Assembly: GCF_036321535.1 (NCBI RefSeq)
Contig: NC_087440.1
Location: forward strand, 32,116,001-32,180,000
Origin: Camelus dromedarius
Lineage: Eukaryota
Length of the DNA: 64,000 nt
Direction of reading: 5' to 3'
Shown here: piece after piece, positions 22,901 through 36,123 of the stretch
Layout: each line of letters opens with the position of its first letter
How positions within the stretch are numbered: position 1 is the stretch's first letter
Program-made: the position numbers and the translations under genes
Notes under the pieces: generated by a model
Told to the model about the DNA's origin: nothing
What the model saw: the letters and a program-made list of their open reading frames with translations, nothing else
The model's database searches: none

Positions 22901-25900
22901 GAATTGTGCCTTCTCTGGCTCTGAACACATGACCCCCTCTGTTCTCAGGGCTCTGAAGTGCTAGAACAGGTGCTACACACCCTGAGCAAGTCAGGGAGCC
23001 TCGAGGAGCTGGTGCTGGACAACGCTGGGCTTAAGACGTGAGGCCAGCCTCCTCCTTGGGCAGTGGTACCCCCTCGATGTAGTCTTAGGGTCCCCAGAAC
23101 CTTAGAGCATGATGTGGGCCTCTGAACTATTTCACCCAGCTCCTCACTTTACAGAAGAGGAGACTGAGGACCAAAGAGGGCACAAAGCAAGTCACACCTA
23201 AGCCTCTTGACCCCCAGCTCCATGGCCTTCCCCAGTCTGCCCCACCCCCTCCTGCCATCAGCCACTGAGCAGAATGCACTGCTCCAGCCTCAAGGACCTG
23301 AAGCTGGGCTTTGTCTCAGCACAACTTCCCAGGTACTCCAGAGTGATGAGAAGCTCCCTGGCAGGCCCCGAGCTGCTTCCCACCTGTGGGGGCCTCTGGC
23401 CACTGCAGCCCCAGCCAGGCAGGCAGGTGGAGGAGGAGGGGCAGCCCAGGGGCTGGGANNNNNNNNNNNNNNNNNNNNNNNNNNNNNNNNNNNNNNNNNN
23501 NNNNNNNNNNNNNNNNNNNNNNNNNNNNNNNNNNNNNNNNNNNNNNNNNNNNNNNNNNNNNNNNNNNNNNNNNNNNNNNNNNNNNNNNNNNNNNNNNNNN
23601 NNNNNNNNNNNNNNTCAATGCAGACCCCTGTCCCAGCCCAGAGTCCAACCTGGGTCTGAATAGGAGCTCTCTGACCTATGACAGCCCCTACCCCAACACC
23701 GCCATCCTTGACCCCAGGCCCGTACTCCACTCAAGCCCCCAGTCTGACTCTGCACCACCTGTCCCCACCCCCCACCTCTCAGTGGGCCCATTTCTGTCTC
23801 CACTTCCCAGGTTTCTTCAGTCTGAGCCAGCAGCTCCTCTGCTTCCCCACTGGCCTCACCAAACTGTGCCTGGCCAAGACTGCCATTTCCCCTCGAGGTA
23901 CTTTCCCCAGGACCCCCCGACTTCTGACTCTGCCCCTCCCCCAGTGCTGCCTGGGTGTGGAGCCCCAGAGATACAGTCACACACTCACACAGCATCCCAG
24001 GGACCAAGGAAGGGAAAGAAGCCACGTGTCGGGAGCGGGGAAGAGCTGTGTACAAGGGAAAGAAGTGGGGATGGGGGCCAACCCAGCCCAGTGCCCGCTG
24101 TGCTCAGGGCTCCAGGCGCTGGGCCAGACCTTCGGGGCCAACCCGGCCTTTGCCAGCTCCCTTCGATACCTGGACCTGAGCAAGAACCCTGGGCTGCTTG
24201 CCACCGATGAAGCCAATGTGAGTCCATAGTCCATGAACGTAGCCTCAAGCCCCTGCCTGCAGAAGCAAGCTCAGGCTTCAGGGCCTGAAGTCTCTGCCCT
24301 TAGCCCCAGTGAGGGGAGGGGGTCTGCCACCCTTCCCCCTGCAGCCCCTCTGTCCTTCCTTCCCAGGCCCTCTACAGCTTCCTGGCCCAGCCCAATGCCC
24401 TGGTGCACCTGGACCTGGCGGGGACTGACTGCGCCATCGACTCGGTGAGGGGTTGGCAATGGGGGAGCTGGCCTGCGGTGATTTGGGGAAGCCAGAGTGG
24501 GCCTCTGCCTCACCCGCTCCTTGAGTACAGAAGTGGGCAGCGCTGGTGAATAGCTTGAGGTCCAGCTGAATTACAAAGCAACGCCAGAGCTCACACCTTC
24601 ATGGCACTTTATCCCGGTGCTGCCCAAGGTTGTGCCTAAAAGCCAGCTCCAACCCATTCCCAGGCCGTGAACCCAGGTGCAGGGCTGAGTCCACAGGGAG
24701 GAAAGGACTCCTTCCTTAACTTGAACAAGGCACCTTATGAGTCTGTGATGGTCCTGGCCGTACCCATCCACTGCCTGTGAACCTCTCCAAACTACTGGGG
24801 GCCAGGCCGGTGGGAGCAGACAACCTACTTTGCATAGAGGGAACACTGAGGCTTGAAGAGGCTAAGATAGTGGGGCTGGCACAGACTGACTGCAGAGGGT
24901 GAAGTGCCAGGTCCTTGATGAGGAGGGAGGAGGGAGGAGGGAGTCCGTTCCAGCCCCGTGAGACACACTGGGTCTCTCCCCATAGCTTCTGGGTGCCCTG
25001 CTCCACGGCTGCTGCTCCCACCTCACCTACCTCAACCTGGCGCGCAACAGCTGCTCCCACAGGTGGGAGCACAGGGGTGCAGGGAGGGGTGGGACACAGG
25101 CTGTGGGCGCCCCTTCCCTTGCTGACCCCAGGCATCTCTGCAGGAAGGGCCGGGAGGCCCCACCGGCCTTCAAGCAGTTCTTTAGCAGCGCCTACACCCT
25201 GAGCCACATCAACCTGTCAGCCACGAGGCTGCCCTTGGAGGCCCTCAGGTCGGGTGGGTGCAGGGTTGGGGGGCGTCCGAGGGGGATCCTTGGGAGAAGG
25301 GGGGCGAGGGGTAAAGGTGGGCCTGCTGACCTTCCTCCCACAGGGCGCTGCTCCAGGGCCTCTCCCTCAACAGTCACCTCAGCGATCTGCACCTGGACCT
25401 CAGCAGCTGTGAGGTGAGCCCTCTGACCCCCACCCATCACCCCACCCTCCATTTCTCTGACCTAAGTCCAGCTCTGGCTCCATCTTGGCTCTGCACTGCC
25501 CCTCTGCAACCCCTGCCCCAAGCTGACCACATCCCCACTTTCCCTTCTCAGTCTCTGGTCTGCAGCCCTCTTTCCAGAGGTCATTTTCAGGCTCTGGATA
25601 TCTCCTCCTTTAATGCTCTGGGGTGGGAGATACCAGGCTTTCCCACTAGAGGGCAGGAGCAAGCTGTGTCCGGAGCAGCAGCCTGGAAATTTTTCTGGCT
25701 GAAGGGAGGGGAGAGAGCCCTTGGGAAGGATCTGGTGTAAAGAAGGGTCCTTCTGATTTTAAACCTGAGACCCAGTATGACCTTGAATCCCGGCCTGACT
25801 ACTCTTATCTCTAAGCATTAAAGGTGCCCTATCCTCTACCCTGACCCCTGCCTCCCCCGCCCTACCCCCACCACATCCCTGCAGCTCCGCTCAGCTGGAG

Positions 25901-28900
25901 CCCAGGCTTTGCAGGAGCAGCTGGGGGCTGTCACCTGTGTGGGCAGCCTGGATCTGTCTGACAATGGTGAGTGGGGGCACTTCCCTTCCTGGGACTAGAT
26001 GGGGACAGGGGCCTGGAACGTGGGAGAGAAGCTCTAAGGAGACTCCAGTGGGCCTCAGGCCTCATGGCCACGCCTCTCCTATCTACTGACCAGGGTTTGA
26101 CTCGGACCTCCTGACACTGGTGCCCGCCCTTGGCAAGAACAAGTCCCTCAAGCACCTGTTCCTGGGCAAGAACTTCAACGTCAAGGCCAAGTGAGACCCT
26201 CTCCCTAGATCCACAGACCCTCACTCCATCATCCACCTGTCCTTCTGGCTGACTGTATTACCTCCGGCTGCCTGCTGCTCTAATAGCAAGACCCCAGCCC
26301 CCTCCCCTCCTGCTCTGAGCCCCACCTCCCCACAGGACCCTGGAGGAGATCCTCCACAAGCTGGTGCAGCTGATCCAGGAAGAGGACTGTGTGAGTGCCT
26401 GGGTCCGGGAGGGCGCCTGAGGGGTCAGGGCTGCAGGGACTGCGCCCAACCCCCCGCTTGCGCACGCAGTCCTTGCAGTCCCTGTCAGTGGCGGACTCCC
26501 GGCTGAAGCTTCGCACCAGCATCCTCATCAATGCCCTGGGCAGCAATACCTGCCTGGCTAAAGTGGACCTGAGCGGCAATGGCATGGAGGACATCGGGGC
26601 CAAGATGCTGTCTAAGGCCCTGCAGATAAACTCCTCCCTCAGGTGGGGCCCACATCTGGACCCTCTGGCCTGGAGTCCCAGCCCCGCCCCACCCCCCTAC
26701 ACACACACACATAGGCGCCCTCCCTGCTGTCTCGCTGCTCTGTTCCCCAGTTTTCAGGAGACCCTCAGTCCCAGAGCCATGTTGCAGTCAGCCTCATTAC
26801 CCAGGAAAGGAGGGAGGGCCCTCCGGGGGTGTGTCCCTGTCCCCTAAGAGAGATCCAGACGGAGGGGTAACAAGTTGGTGCTGACCCTCTCCCCAGAACT
26901 ATCCTATGGGATCGGAACAATACGTCCGCCCTGGGCTTTCTGGATATTGCAAGGGCCTTGGAGAGGTGAGTAGACCAGGGCCCTGCCCTGACCCAAGCCT
27001 TCAGCCTCTCTGTATCTGGACCAGGCCTGAGCTACACTAGCCCCACCCCAGCCCGCTTGACCTCATTGTATAGAAATGTTAGGAAGAACCACAGGAGAGG
27101 GAAATGGTCAGCCAGAGGAGGGGTTTGGGGAGCGGGGGCCTCTCCTGCCCACCTCTTCCCACGCAGCTGTGCTGCTCTGTCCCACAGCAACCACACGCTG
27201 CGTTTCATGTCCTTCCCTGTGAGCGACATCTCCCAAGCCTACCGCAGTGCCCCGGAGCGCACCGAGGACGTCTGGCAGAAGGTGGTGGTCTGAGCGGGGT
27301 GGAACGCGAGGGGCAGGGACTGGCCCACATCCCCTGGCCCTGACCCCACCCCCACCCGCTTTCCTCTCCAGATCCAGTGGTGCTTGGTGAGGAACAACCA
27401 CTCCCAGACGTACCCCCAGGAACAGGCCTTCAGGCTGCAGCAGGGCCTGGTGACCAGCAGCGCCGAGCAAGTAAATGTTTCCCTCTGGGACACGGGGCAC
27501 GTGTGGCGCATGCAGGGCCTGGGTGTGATATGACGGAGCACAGGGCAGGGCGGGGAGAGGGCAGGGAAGAGGCATCATGTGGCGTCCACAACAAGGTTGA
27601 GCACGTGGGAGAGCAAAAAGACAGGACATGCAGAATGTGAACCCCAAATATGAGAGAACATGTAGGCAGACATCAGAGGGTCCCAGACAAGGGATGCACA
27701 AGCCTGTGGGAGCTCCACTGAGCATTCAAGAAGGGCACCCCAAGAGGAAGAGGAAACAGGCCCTCCAGAGACATCACTATTACCCCTGTCAGCGCTGGCA
27801 CCAGCAGCACTGCACAAAGGGGCCCAGAAACAGGGCACCTGGGGGCCTACCTGGGAAAGTGAAGATTCAGCGGTCCCCTGACCTTCCTGCCACCTGTGCT
27901 ACAGATGCTGCAGCGGCTGTGTGGACGGGTGCAGGAGGAGGTTCGGGCCCTGAGGCTGTGCCCCCTGGAGCCTGTGCAGGATGAGCTGCTCTATGCTCGG
28001 GACCTCATCAAGGATGCCAAGAATTCCCGGGCGGTGAGCCCTCCACAGCCCCACCCTCCCCTCACAGCCTGGAGAGCCCAAGAAGGCCAGCATATGAACC
28101 CAGGAGTGGCCCGGCCCTGTGCCATGCATCTGCCCCCCGCCACTGCCCAGGGCCCCCAGGGACCTAGCGAGGCCTGATTCTGGCCTTCTGACCAGAACCC
28201 CTTCCTTCCAGCTGTTTCCCAGCCTCTATGAGCTGGGCCACATGCTGGCCAATGATGGGCCTGTGCGGCAGAGGCTGGAGTCAGTAGCCAGTGAGGTGTC
28301 CAAGGCTGTGGACAAGGAGCTACAGGCAAGTCCTGGGGAGGGAGCCCAGGGCTGACCAAGGCCCTAAGCTGAGGGCCAAGGTCAGCTTGGGGAGATTCCT
28401 GTGGGCAAAAAGGAAATGCAGACTTGAGACCACCTACACCCACATTGTGCCGAACGCATTGCTAGAAAACTGGGTTTGGATTTTTGCTGCTAGCTTCAAT
28501 CTTAGCCCTCAAACTCTGACCTCTCCCTCTAGACTCTGATCTTTGGACTGACTCGCCCCTGCCCACATGGCCATGTAGTAGGATGGAAGGGACACTGACC
28601 AGAATGGGGGAAGCCTGAGTGTCCAGACTCTGCTGCTAACCAGCCCCATGACCTTGGCGAGCCCCTCAGTCTCAGGGGAGCTGGAATAGACAGGCTGGAG
28701 TCTGTTCCACTGTGCTGCCAGCCCTGACCCTGCCTTCCTTGGGGCTCTGGCCTCACTTCCCCCCATACTAGGTTATCCTGGAGTCCATGGTCAGCCTAAC
28801 GCAGGAGTTATGCCCCGTGGCCATGCGGGTGGCCGAGGGGCACAACAAGATGCTGAGCAACGTGGCGGAGCGTGTCACTGTGCCCCGGAACTTCATCCGA

Positions 28901-31900
28901 GGGGCGCTGCTGGAGCAGGCGGGGCAGGACATTCAGAACAAGCTGGAGTGAGAGGCAGGGGTGGGGCTGGGGTGGGCTGGACTTGGCTGGGAGCACCTAG
29001 GGACTTGGGGCCCAGCTATCAGAAATGAATAATTAATGACACAATGTCCATTACAAGGGATGAATCTTTAACCAACTGCAGCCTTGCTATTTAGGGTCTG
29101 ACTGGTCTTTGCCCTAGAAGTCTAAATGCTGAGCTAGGGTTTAGGAACCTGGGCAGTGTACACAGATGTATACACACACGCAGAGACACCCATGTAGCTG
29201 CACACATACCCCAGGAATTGACCCCTAGAAACAGCACAGCTTCCTCAGAGGCACGGACGAAGAAAAATGACGTGAATAGGGGTGCATGGACTGCACTGTC
29301 TCTCCCCCCCAAGTTTCCATGGCCCCTAGAGCTCTTTCATTCCAGTCTGGGTGCCACCACTCACCAAAGCAAAGGAAAATTATTACAGAAACCCATGAAG
29401 CAGCCAGGCTCCCAAAGTACTGGTTTCTGCTCTTACAACAGAGACCAGCAGAGCTCACTCAGCACTCCAGCTTACCTCGCCCTGTTCCACTGGAGCTCCA
29501 GGGGCCCGACCCAGAGCCCCCTGCTCCTCCTCCTCCTCAGTTCCTCATTGTCCACTCTCCCCATCCACACCCACCTAGGCTGGAGAGGCAGCGGGTAGAA
29601 CTGGGGAGTAGACCCAAGGGGCTTCCTGCAGCAGCGGTGTTGTCTGAGGGCAGCCAGAGCCGCTGGCCCACTCCCTCGGGCATCTGGGGGAGGGTGGGGC
29701 CAAGGCTCAGGGGTGGGAGCAGGGAGCTGAGCAGCCCTGCCTATGCCCACAGTGAAGTGAAGCTCTCAGTTGTCACCTACTTGACCAACTCCATAGTGGA
29801 CGAGATCCTGCAGGAGCTGTACCACTCCCACAAGAGCCTGGTAAGGCCCCTGAGCCCCAGCCAGGCCCCTGGCATGCCCTCCACCTCACATCACCCCATC
29901 TCCCTCCACCACCCCTCCCCATCAAGGTCCTGGGAGGAAGGCAGCTTCTTTGGGATCCTGTTCATACCTGTCCTTCCCCAGGCCCGACACCTGGCCCAGC
30001 TAAGGACGCTATCAGATCCACCAGGGGGGCCAGGCCAAGGACAAGATCTGTCTTCCCGGGGCCGAGGCCAGAACCATGACCATGAGGAGACCACAGATGA
30101 TGAACTTGGGACCAACATCGTGAGCACCCCCCTGCCCACTCCGATCCTTAACCTAGGTCCTGTCCCTGAACCTGCAAAACCCCATCCCATTCCAATTCCC
30201 CGGACTCCCACTCTCTGCTCCTAACTGGGTCTCATCCCCTCACCCTGATCCCACCCAGCCTCTTCCCTCCTCCCAGTGCCTTGACCACCTGAGGACAGGG
30301 AGGCAAGATGGACTCTAAAGAGAAGGCTTTATGAGGAATGGGAGGCTCCAGGTGAGGCTCCTGGGACTTGCCACCTGGCCCCACCATTCATCTCCATCCC
30401 TGTAGGACACCATGGCCATCAAAAAACAGAAACGCTGCCGCAAGATCCGGCCGGTGTCTGCCTTCATTAGTGAGTCTTCCAGTCTCTATGCTAATGCCCC
30501 CATTTCCCTTTCTCTTTTCTCCCTCTTGGCAGCCTGCTTTCTCCTTGCCCCTCCTGCTAATCCCTCTAACACTGCTGTCCCCACAGGTGGGAGCCCTCAG
30601 GACATGGAAAGCCAGCTGGGGAGCCTGGGGATCCCCCCTGGCTGGTTCTCAGGACTTGGAAGCAGTCAGCCCACAGCTAGTGGCTCCTGGGAAGGTCTAT
30701 CCGAGCTGCCCACTCATGGCTATAAACTAAGGCATCAAACACAAGGGAGGCCCCGGCCCCCCAGGACCACCCCTCCAGGACCTGGTCGGCCCAGCGTGAG
30801 TCCCTAAGGCCTCACAAGAGGACTGACTTCACTTAGCAATGCCAGAGCCAGGGTTTCTAGCTTTGGGATACCAATACCAAAGGTACTAACCTTAGGGGAT
30901 CGGGCAGGAGCCCAGGCAGGCCATGGAACTGGAGAAGGATTATCCAGATTGGATGGAGCTAGACCTTGTCACAGACTGGAAATCTCTGCCTGGTAGACAG
31001 TTGGCAGTTCTCATTTTGGTGAGAAAGTCAAGAGCTGCCAAGCTTAGGAAATGCCCAGGTGGCTTGAAGTCTAAGTTTCCATGGGTCAAGAAGAGGCAAG
31101 TCCAAGTTCAAAGGGGAAGGCCCTGAGTGCATGGGGGGTGGGGGGTGGAGGGGATTGTTCCTCCCCTAGATGATATATCCCACAGGACTTTCCTTCCAGC
31201 AGGTGCCAGTACCTGGGACTCGTCAGGAGAATGGGATGGCCACCCGTCTGGATGAGGGGCTGGAGGACTTCTTCAGCCGAAGGGTCATGGACGAGAGCTC
31301 CAGGTGTGACGCCCAGGGACATCCCCAATTTCAGCAGGCCCTAAGGCCCTGGAAGGGCTCCTGTGTCCACCCAGCTCCCCTGGAGGCCCCTCCAATGGCA
31401 GTGCCCCAAAGCCTCTGGGACCTTCCCCCACATTCTCATTCTTCCCCACCCAGCCTGTAGCTCCCATGTTCTCTGAATCTCTTCAGGACAGCTAGAAGGA
31501 ATGGAGCCAGAGTGAACCACCCCAGTGGAATGGGGTGGGGGAACAACAGGCCCTGGGATGGGATGATAGTTAGACCTGGAGGGTATGTTCTGTCACTGTC
31601 CTGCACAGACTCCCCAGGAGGAACTGGATCACTTGGAGAGGCTGAAAGGAGATGGGCGAGGGCTGCTTGGGAGGAAAGAGGCTGCTGGAGGGTTATGACA
31701 GGGAAGGTGAGGACACCATTCCCTGAGAGTAAGTAGAAAGGGTTACACAGTGGCAGGAAAGACTAGATAAGAGAGGAGGGAGAGGAGGTTCCTGAACCAG
31801 GACTGGCCTATCACCAGCACCACCCTGGGCCCTGAACACCCTCAGCATCTGACATTGGCATCTCCCCACGTCCCCACGGCTTTGTCACTAACTCACCCCG

Positions 31901-34900
31901 ACCTTGCCCAGCTACCCCCGGACTCTGAGGACCCTGCGGCCAGGCCTCTTGGAGCCGCCACTGCCTCCGCTCCAGAAGAAGAGGCGCCGAGGCCTGTTTC
32001 ACTTTCGCCGGCCTCGGAGCTTCAAGGGGGACAGGGGGCCAGGGTCCCCCACTACCGGCCTCCTCCTCCCTCCACCCCCGCCCCCACCCCCGACTCAGGA
32101 GAGTCCCCCCAGCCCAGATCCCCCCAGCCTCGGCAATAACTCCTCCCCCTGCTGGAGCCCAGAGGAGGAGAGCGGCCTCCTCCCTGCATTTGGCGGGGGC
32201 CGGGGGCCTTCCTTCCACAGGAAGACGGTAAGTGAGGCCGGGGGTGCTGAGTCTTCCTGGTTTTGCTGTCCCACACATAGCCCATCCGCCCACCCCACCC
32301 CAGGCCATTGATGGGAGAATGCTAGGACTTGGGGTTCAGGGGAACTTCGTCATCCCAAATCCCTGCTTCTTGAGAGCTCCTTGGGCTAAGCCTGCCCACC
32401 CAGAGCAGAGCATGCTGGGAGTCCAGCATGCACATGAGGGCAGCGGAAAGACTCCTCAGAGGGTCTGGGTAGGGCTTCCCCCAGGGAAGGGGGAAGGGCT
32501 TGGGTGGGGGGCACTCCCCATCCCTTGCTGCCTGTGGAGCCCCTTCTTCATCAGGACCTGCTTCCAAACCTGAAACTTTGTTCCAGGGCACCGAGGGGGC
32601 GGAGCCTGGGGAGGGGGGCCAGGCCCCTGGGGCAGCACAGCAGCCAAGGGTCCACGGCATTGCCCTTCCTGGATTGGGAAGAGCCAAGGGTTGGAGCTTC
32701 GACGGGAAACGAGAGGTGAGGGGAGTCACGGCAGTGAACTGAGGGTCCTGTGGGTCCCTGCCCACCACGCTTTCCTTCCCGCGGCCCTGCAGCGGGTCGA
32801 TCAGGGGAGAGAGTTATGCTCTGGCATTAGACGATGTGAGCTGCAGTTCTGTCCCCACACTTGCCAGACAAGTCACTTAACCTTCTGGAGCTTCTGCTTC
32901 CTTGTAAAGTGGGTGTCCTAAAAACACTTACCTCTAGAGCTGTTTCCTAAACTCAGGGGACTCGATTACCACCTTTATGACTGCTTTTGAACTTCTCCAC
33001 ATACCACGGCATCATTTACATAGTATTTTTATTTAAGTCAACTCACCTTTTTAAACTTAGACTGGACTGAAGCATCTTCAAAACCACAGGCTGGCTGTGC
33101 TAGTCATGTCTTTGCTACCCCATATAAAATAAACACATAACTATTAAATAACAGTATGTTCATTCGGGTAAACCATTTCTCATGCCCCTAGGGGTGGTAT
33201 GGGTGCCACTCTTTTGGGAAAAAGTGTCCAAGTGTCTAGGGACTAATGATATGAGATGCTAGAGCAGAAGCCCCTTGCTAACTGCGGTCCCCACACAGAG
33301 GGGACTTTTTTTATGACCTGACTCAGCTGTCCTTTCAGGGCACAGGCCCAGACCTGGAGGGCAGTGTCCAGGCTTGGCAGAAACGGCGCTCTTCAGATGA
33401 TGCAGGTGAGAATGGTTGCCCTCACTTTCTTCCTTTGACTCCGCTGTCCAGACCTCTCCTAACATGCTTTTTCCCCTTTCCCCTTTCCCCCTACCTCCAC
33501 TCCAGGCCCTGGAGCCTGGAAGCCCCCACCACCACCCCAAAGCACCAAGCCAAGCTTCAGTGCCATGCGCCGAGCAGAGGCCACGTGGCACATAGGTATG
33601 GAGAGCCTCTTCTCAGGCAGCAGCTCTGAAGGCCCGGGGTGTGTCCAAAGAGACGGAAGCCATGACCCTGCACTGGGGAATTTACAACCCAGGTGGGGCT
33701 GTAAGAAGTCAACACAGTGAAACTGCTTCAGGATATTTACAAAGCTGCACCCAAAAGAAACAACTTAATCCAAAGAGAGGTCCCACAGAACAAAAGTGGC
33801 TTTGCCAGGCTTAGCAGACAGGAGAAATGCTTTGTGAATGCTTCTGGGGAATTCTCTAGGTCAGGGGCCATCAGCAGAATGGTGCCTCTATAAAGAAGGC
33901 CTCTCTCTGCACCCCAGCTGGGGAAAGGGTGGGCAGTACTAGCCATGCCAGGCCCACCTCAAACATTCCAGTCTCCTCCAAGAAGAGTTCACCATCTTCC
34001 ATTCACTCTGAAAATGCCACCCAGAAGAGGCAAGAACCTCGCCTTGGTGGTCAGAAACCCCAGGTGTTAGTCCTCAGCCACCACCCGCGGTATTGACCTC
34101 AAACAAGTCATTTACCTTCCGGAATAACGGATGACAGGGATCAGAGTAAGACGCGTCCTCTCTGCTGGGTTCAGAGCACCTTTCACTTAGGGAGCTGCTA
34201 AAGGAAAGCTGGTCAGCTTGGCATCAGCCTCAGTTTCCACAGGCCTGGAATGTGATCTTCCACCAAGACTGACAGGGACAAATTTCCCCAGAGAGGTAGA
34301 CACTCCCTTCCCTCCTCCACCCCCACCACACAGCTAGGGCATAAGGACTGGGTGAGAGCAGGGCTGGCCCGGGGCTTGGCAATGCCTGTGCTTCTGCCCC
34401 ATCCTACAAGGCCTACCCAGCGCTGCAGGCATCTTCTCTGATTATCCCATCTCACACATTGACTAGTTAAGACACCTGAAGCGGGGCTCCATCCTTCACT
34501 GAGGAGATCACAGTAGTCAGGTCTCCCAGTGCACACACCTCCGGCCGGCGCCTTCCACATCTTCCTCCCCCGCACCTCACAGATACACATGCAGACAACC
34601 CCTTCCACGTGGCACATTCTCAGGCTCAGGTTGTGTAAAGCCACAGAGGCGGGGTGGTGGGGGTGGGGTGAGGGCGCCAGGCACCTCTCCTCCAGATTCA
34701 CCATCTAAATCAGACTGGCAGAGAGTCCCAGGAATGCCAGGCTGCAGCCATACCCTTCAACCCAGCAGGCCCAGGCAGGCCCTGGCTCTGTCCCTGCTCT
34801 CCAAGAGGGTCAGCCTGACCCAGGCCCCCTCCAGAGGTGACAGGCTCAGGAGGATACTGGGGACCAAGGGCTAAGGAAACAGTGGGAGTAGAAGGGGACA

Positions 34901-35835
34901 GCCAAGGCAGAGACAGGAGCAAATGGGTGTGGAGGGGGAGAGCCCTGGCCTCCACAGCTTCAGGGGCCAGGGAGGGTTATGCAAGAATGCCCTTTCCTGC
35001 AGTTTCTCCTCTCTTCCCATTCCCCAGCTGAGGAGAGCGCCCCCAACCACAGCTGCCAGAGCCCCAGCCCAGCCTGCCAAGACGGGGAGGAAGAGAAAGA
35101 TGGGGCCATATTCCCAGAGAGGACAGTTTCTGCTAGGAATGCCAAGGTGAGGGCCAGCAGGGCTGTGGGGAAGACACTGTGACAAGGCCAAAGAGCTAAC
35201 TAACTGACCCAGCATCTTCCTTCTTCTGCCAGCTGCAGGACCCCCCTTTAGCCCCACGGCCCCCCAGGCCAGTGGCTGTGCCCAGGGGCCGTCGCCCTCC
35301 CCAGGAACCAGGGGGCCAGGAGGAGACTGAGGCTGGGGGTGCAGCCCCAGGAGTGAACAAACCCCGCCTGAGGCTGGGCTCACAACAGGACCAAGAGGAG
35401 CCTGAGGTCCAAGGTCTGCCATCTGGCAGGAGTGGGGCACGGGGCACATCTGGGGCCTTGCTGCACACATTGGGCACAGGATGAGTGACAGACAGCCAGG
35501 AGTCACAGCCTGGATGAGTACCCAGCCTGTGAGCCCCACTCATTTGCCAGGCCTACCTTGATTGTCATTTCAGGGCCCCCGGATCCGGGCCGCCGGACCG
35601 CCCCCCTGAAGCCCAAGAGGACACGGCGGGCACAGTCCTGTGACAAGCTGGAGCCTGATAGAAGACGGCCCCCTGACCCCACAGGTGCCACAGGGGTGGG
35701 CAAGAGGGTGATCCCCCTTCCCACTCATTCAGCTGACAGAGCAGCCCCCAGCGGGGCGGCTGGCTCTCCCTGCCCAGAAAACAGGGCTCCCTGGATCTAT
35801 CCCCAGCAGGAACCAGTGAGCCAGGAACAGACTGA
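19454..35835 (+). CDS. CARMIL3: Capping protein regulator and myosin 1 linker 3 (LRRC16B), 40 exons, exon 11 hidden in an assembly gap
   Basis: Exons 19454-19493, 20946-21040, 21345-21395, 21499-21558, 21644-21759, 21976-22073, 22313-22383, 22485-22558, 22796-22871, 22949-23037, [exon 11 in Ns 23459-23614], 23811-23897, 24108-24217, 24367-24444, 24986-25062, 25144-25248, 25344-25413, 25885-25966, 26094-26190, 26336-26390, 26470-26642, 26897-26965, 27188-27281, 27372-27470, 27905-28033, 28212-28325, 28772-28947, 29753-29840, 29982-30119, 30406-30469, 30587-30795, 31203-31303, 31912-32227, 32587-32715, 33339-33405, 33506-33595, 35028-35146, 35233-35413, 35574-35684, 35810-35835. N-terminal PH-like region, LRRs, CPI motif [10 protein letters not shown] (30727-30756) and a Pro-rich tail. 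With a 95-nt exon 11 the CDS is 4119 nt = 1372 aa. Confidence 0.95.
23459..23614. other. Assembly gap (156 N)
   Basis: Run of N inside CARMIL3 between exons 10 and 12. Confidence 1.
32990..33230. mobile_element. hAT-Charlie MER-like DNA transposon remnant
   Basis: AT-rich island in a GC-rich intron: ATACCACGG...TTTATTTAAGTCAACTCACC...CATATAAAATAAACACATAAC...CACTCTTTTGGGAAA. Confidence 0.45.
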
Positions 35836-36117
35836 CAGCCGCTGCGGCACCCTCCCCAGCCCTCCTCTCGACATGTGCCTCACAAGGACTCGGACCCCCT
35901 CCCCTCCAGGCCCCTCTGCCAGCCCTTGTCCCACAGGATGGCAGGATGAGGCACGGGGGACAGGAGGCGGGGGACAGGAAGGGAGGGAGCAACCTGGAGA
36001 GACGGAGGCTCTCAATGCCTTGCTCCCTCTGCAGATCTTAGGAGTGGGGGCTGTCTCCTCTCCTGGGAGGGTGGATCTGTCCCTCTATCCCCAGGGGCTC
36101 TCTCTCCACTTGTATAG

Positions 36118-36123
36118 AATAAA
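36118..36123 (+). terminator. CARMIL3 polyadenylation signal
   Basis: AATAAA about 280 nt after the stop. Confidence 0.75.

Noticed and set aside
23207-24210. Long ORFs crossing the N gap
   Set aside because: Artefacts of X-translated Ns plus partial overlap with real exons.
29286-30224. 312-aa ORF as an independent gene
   Set aside because: It is CARMIL3 exons 28-29 plus open intronic frames.
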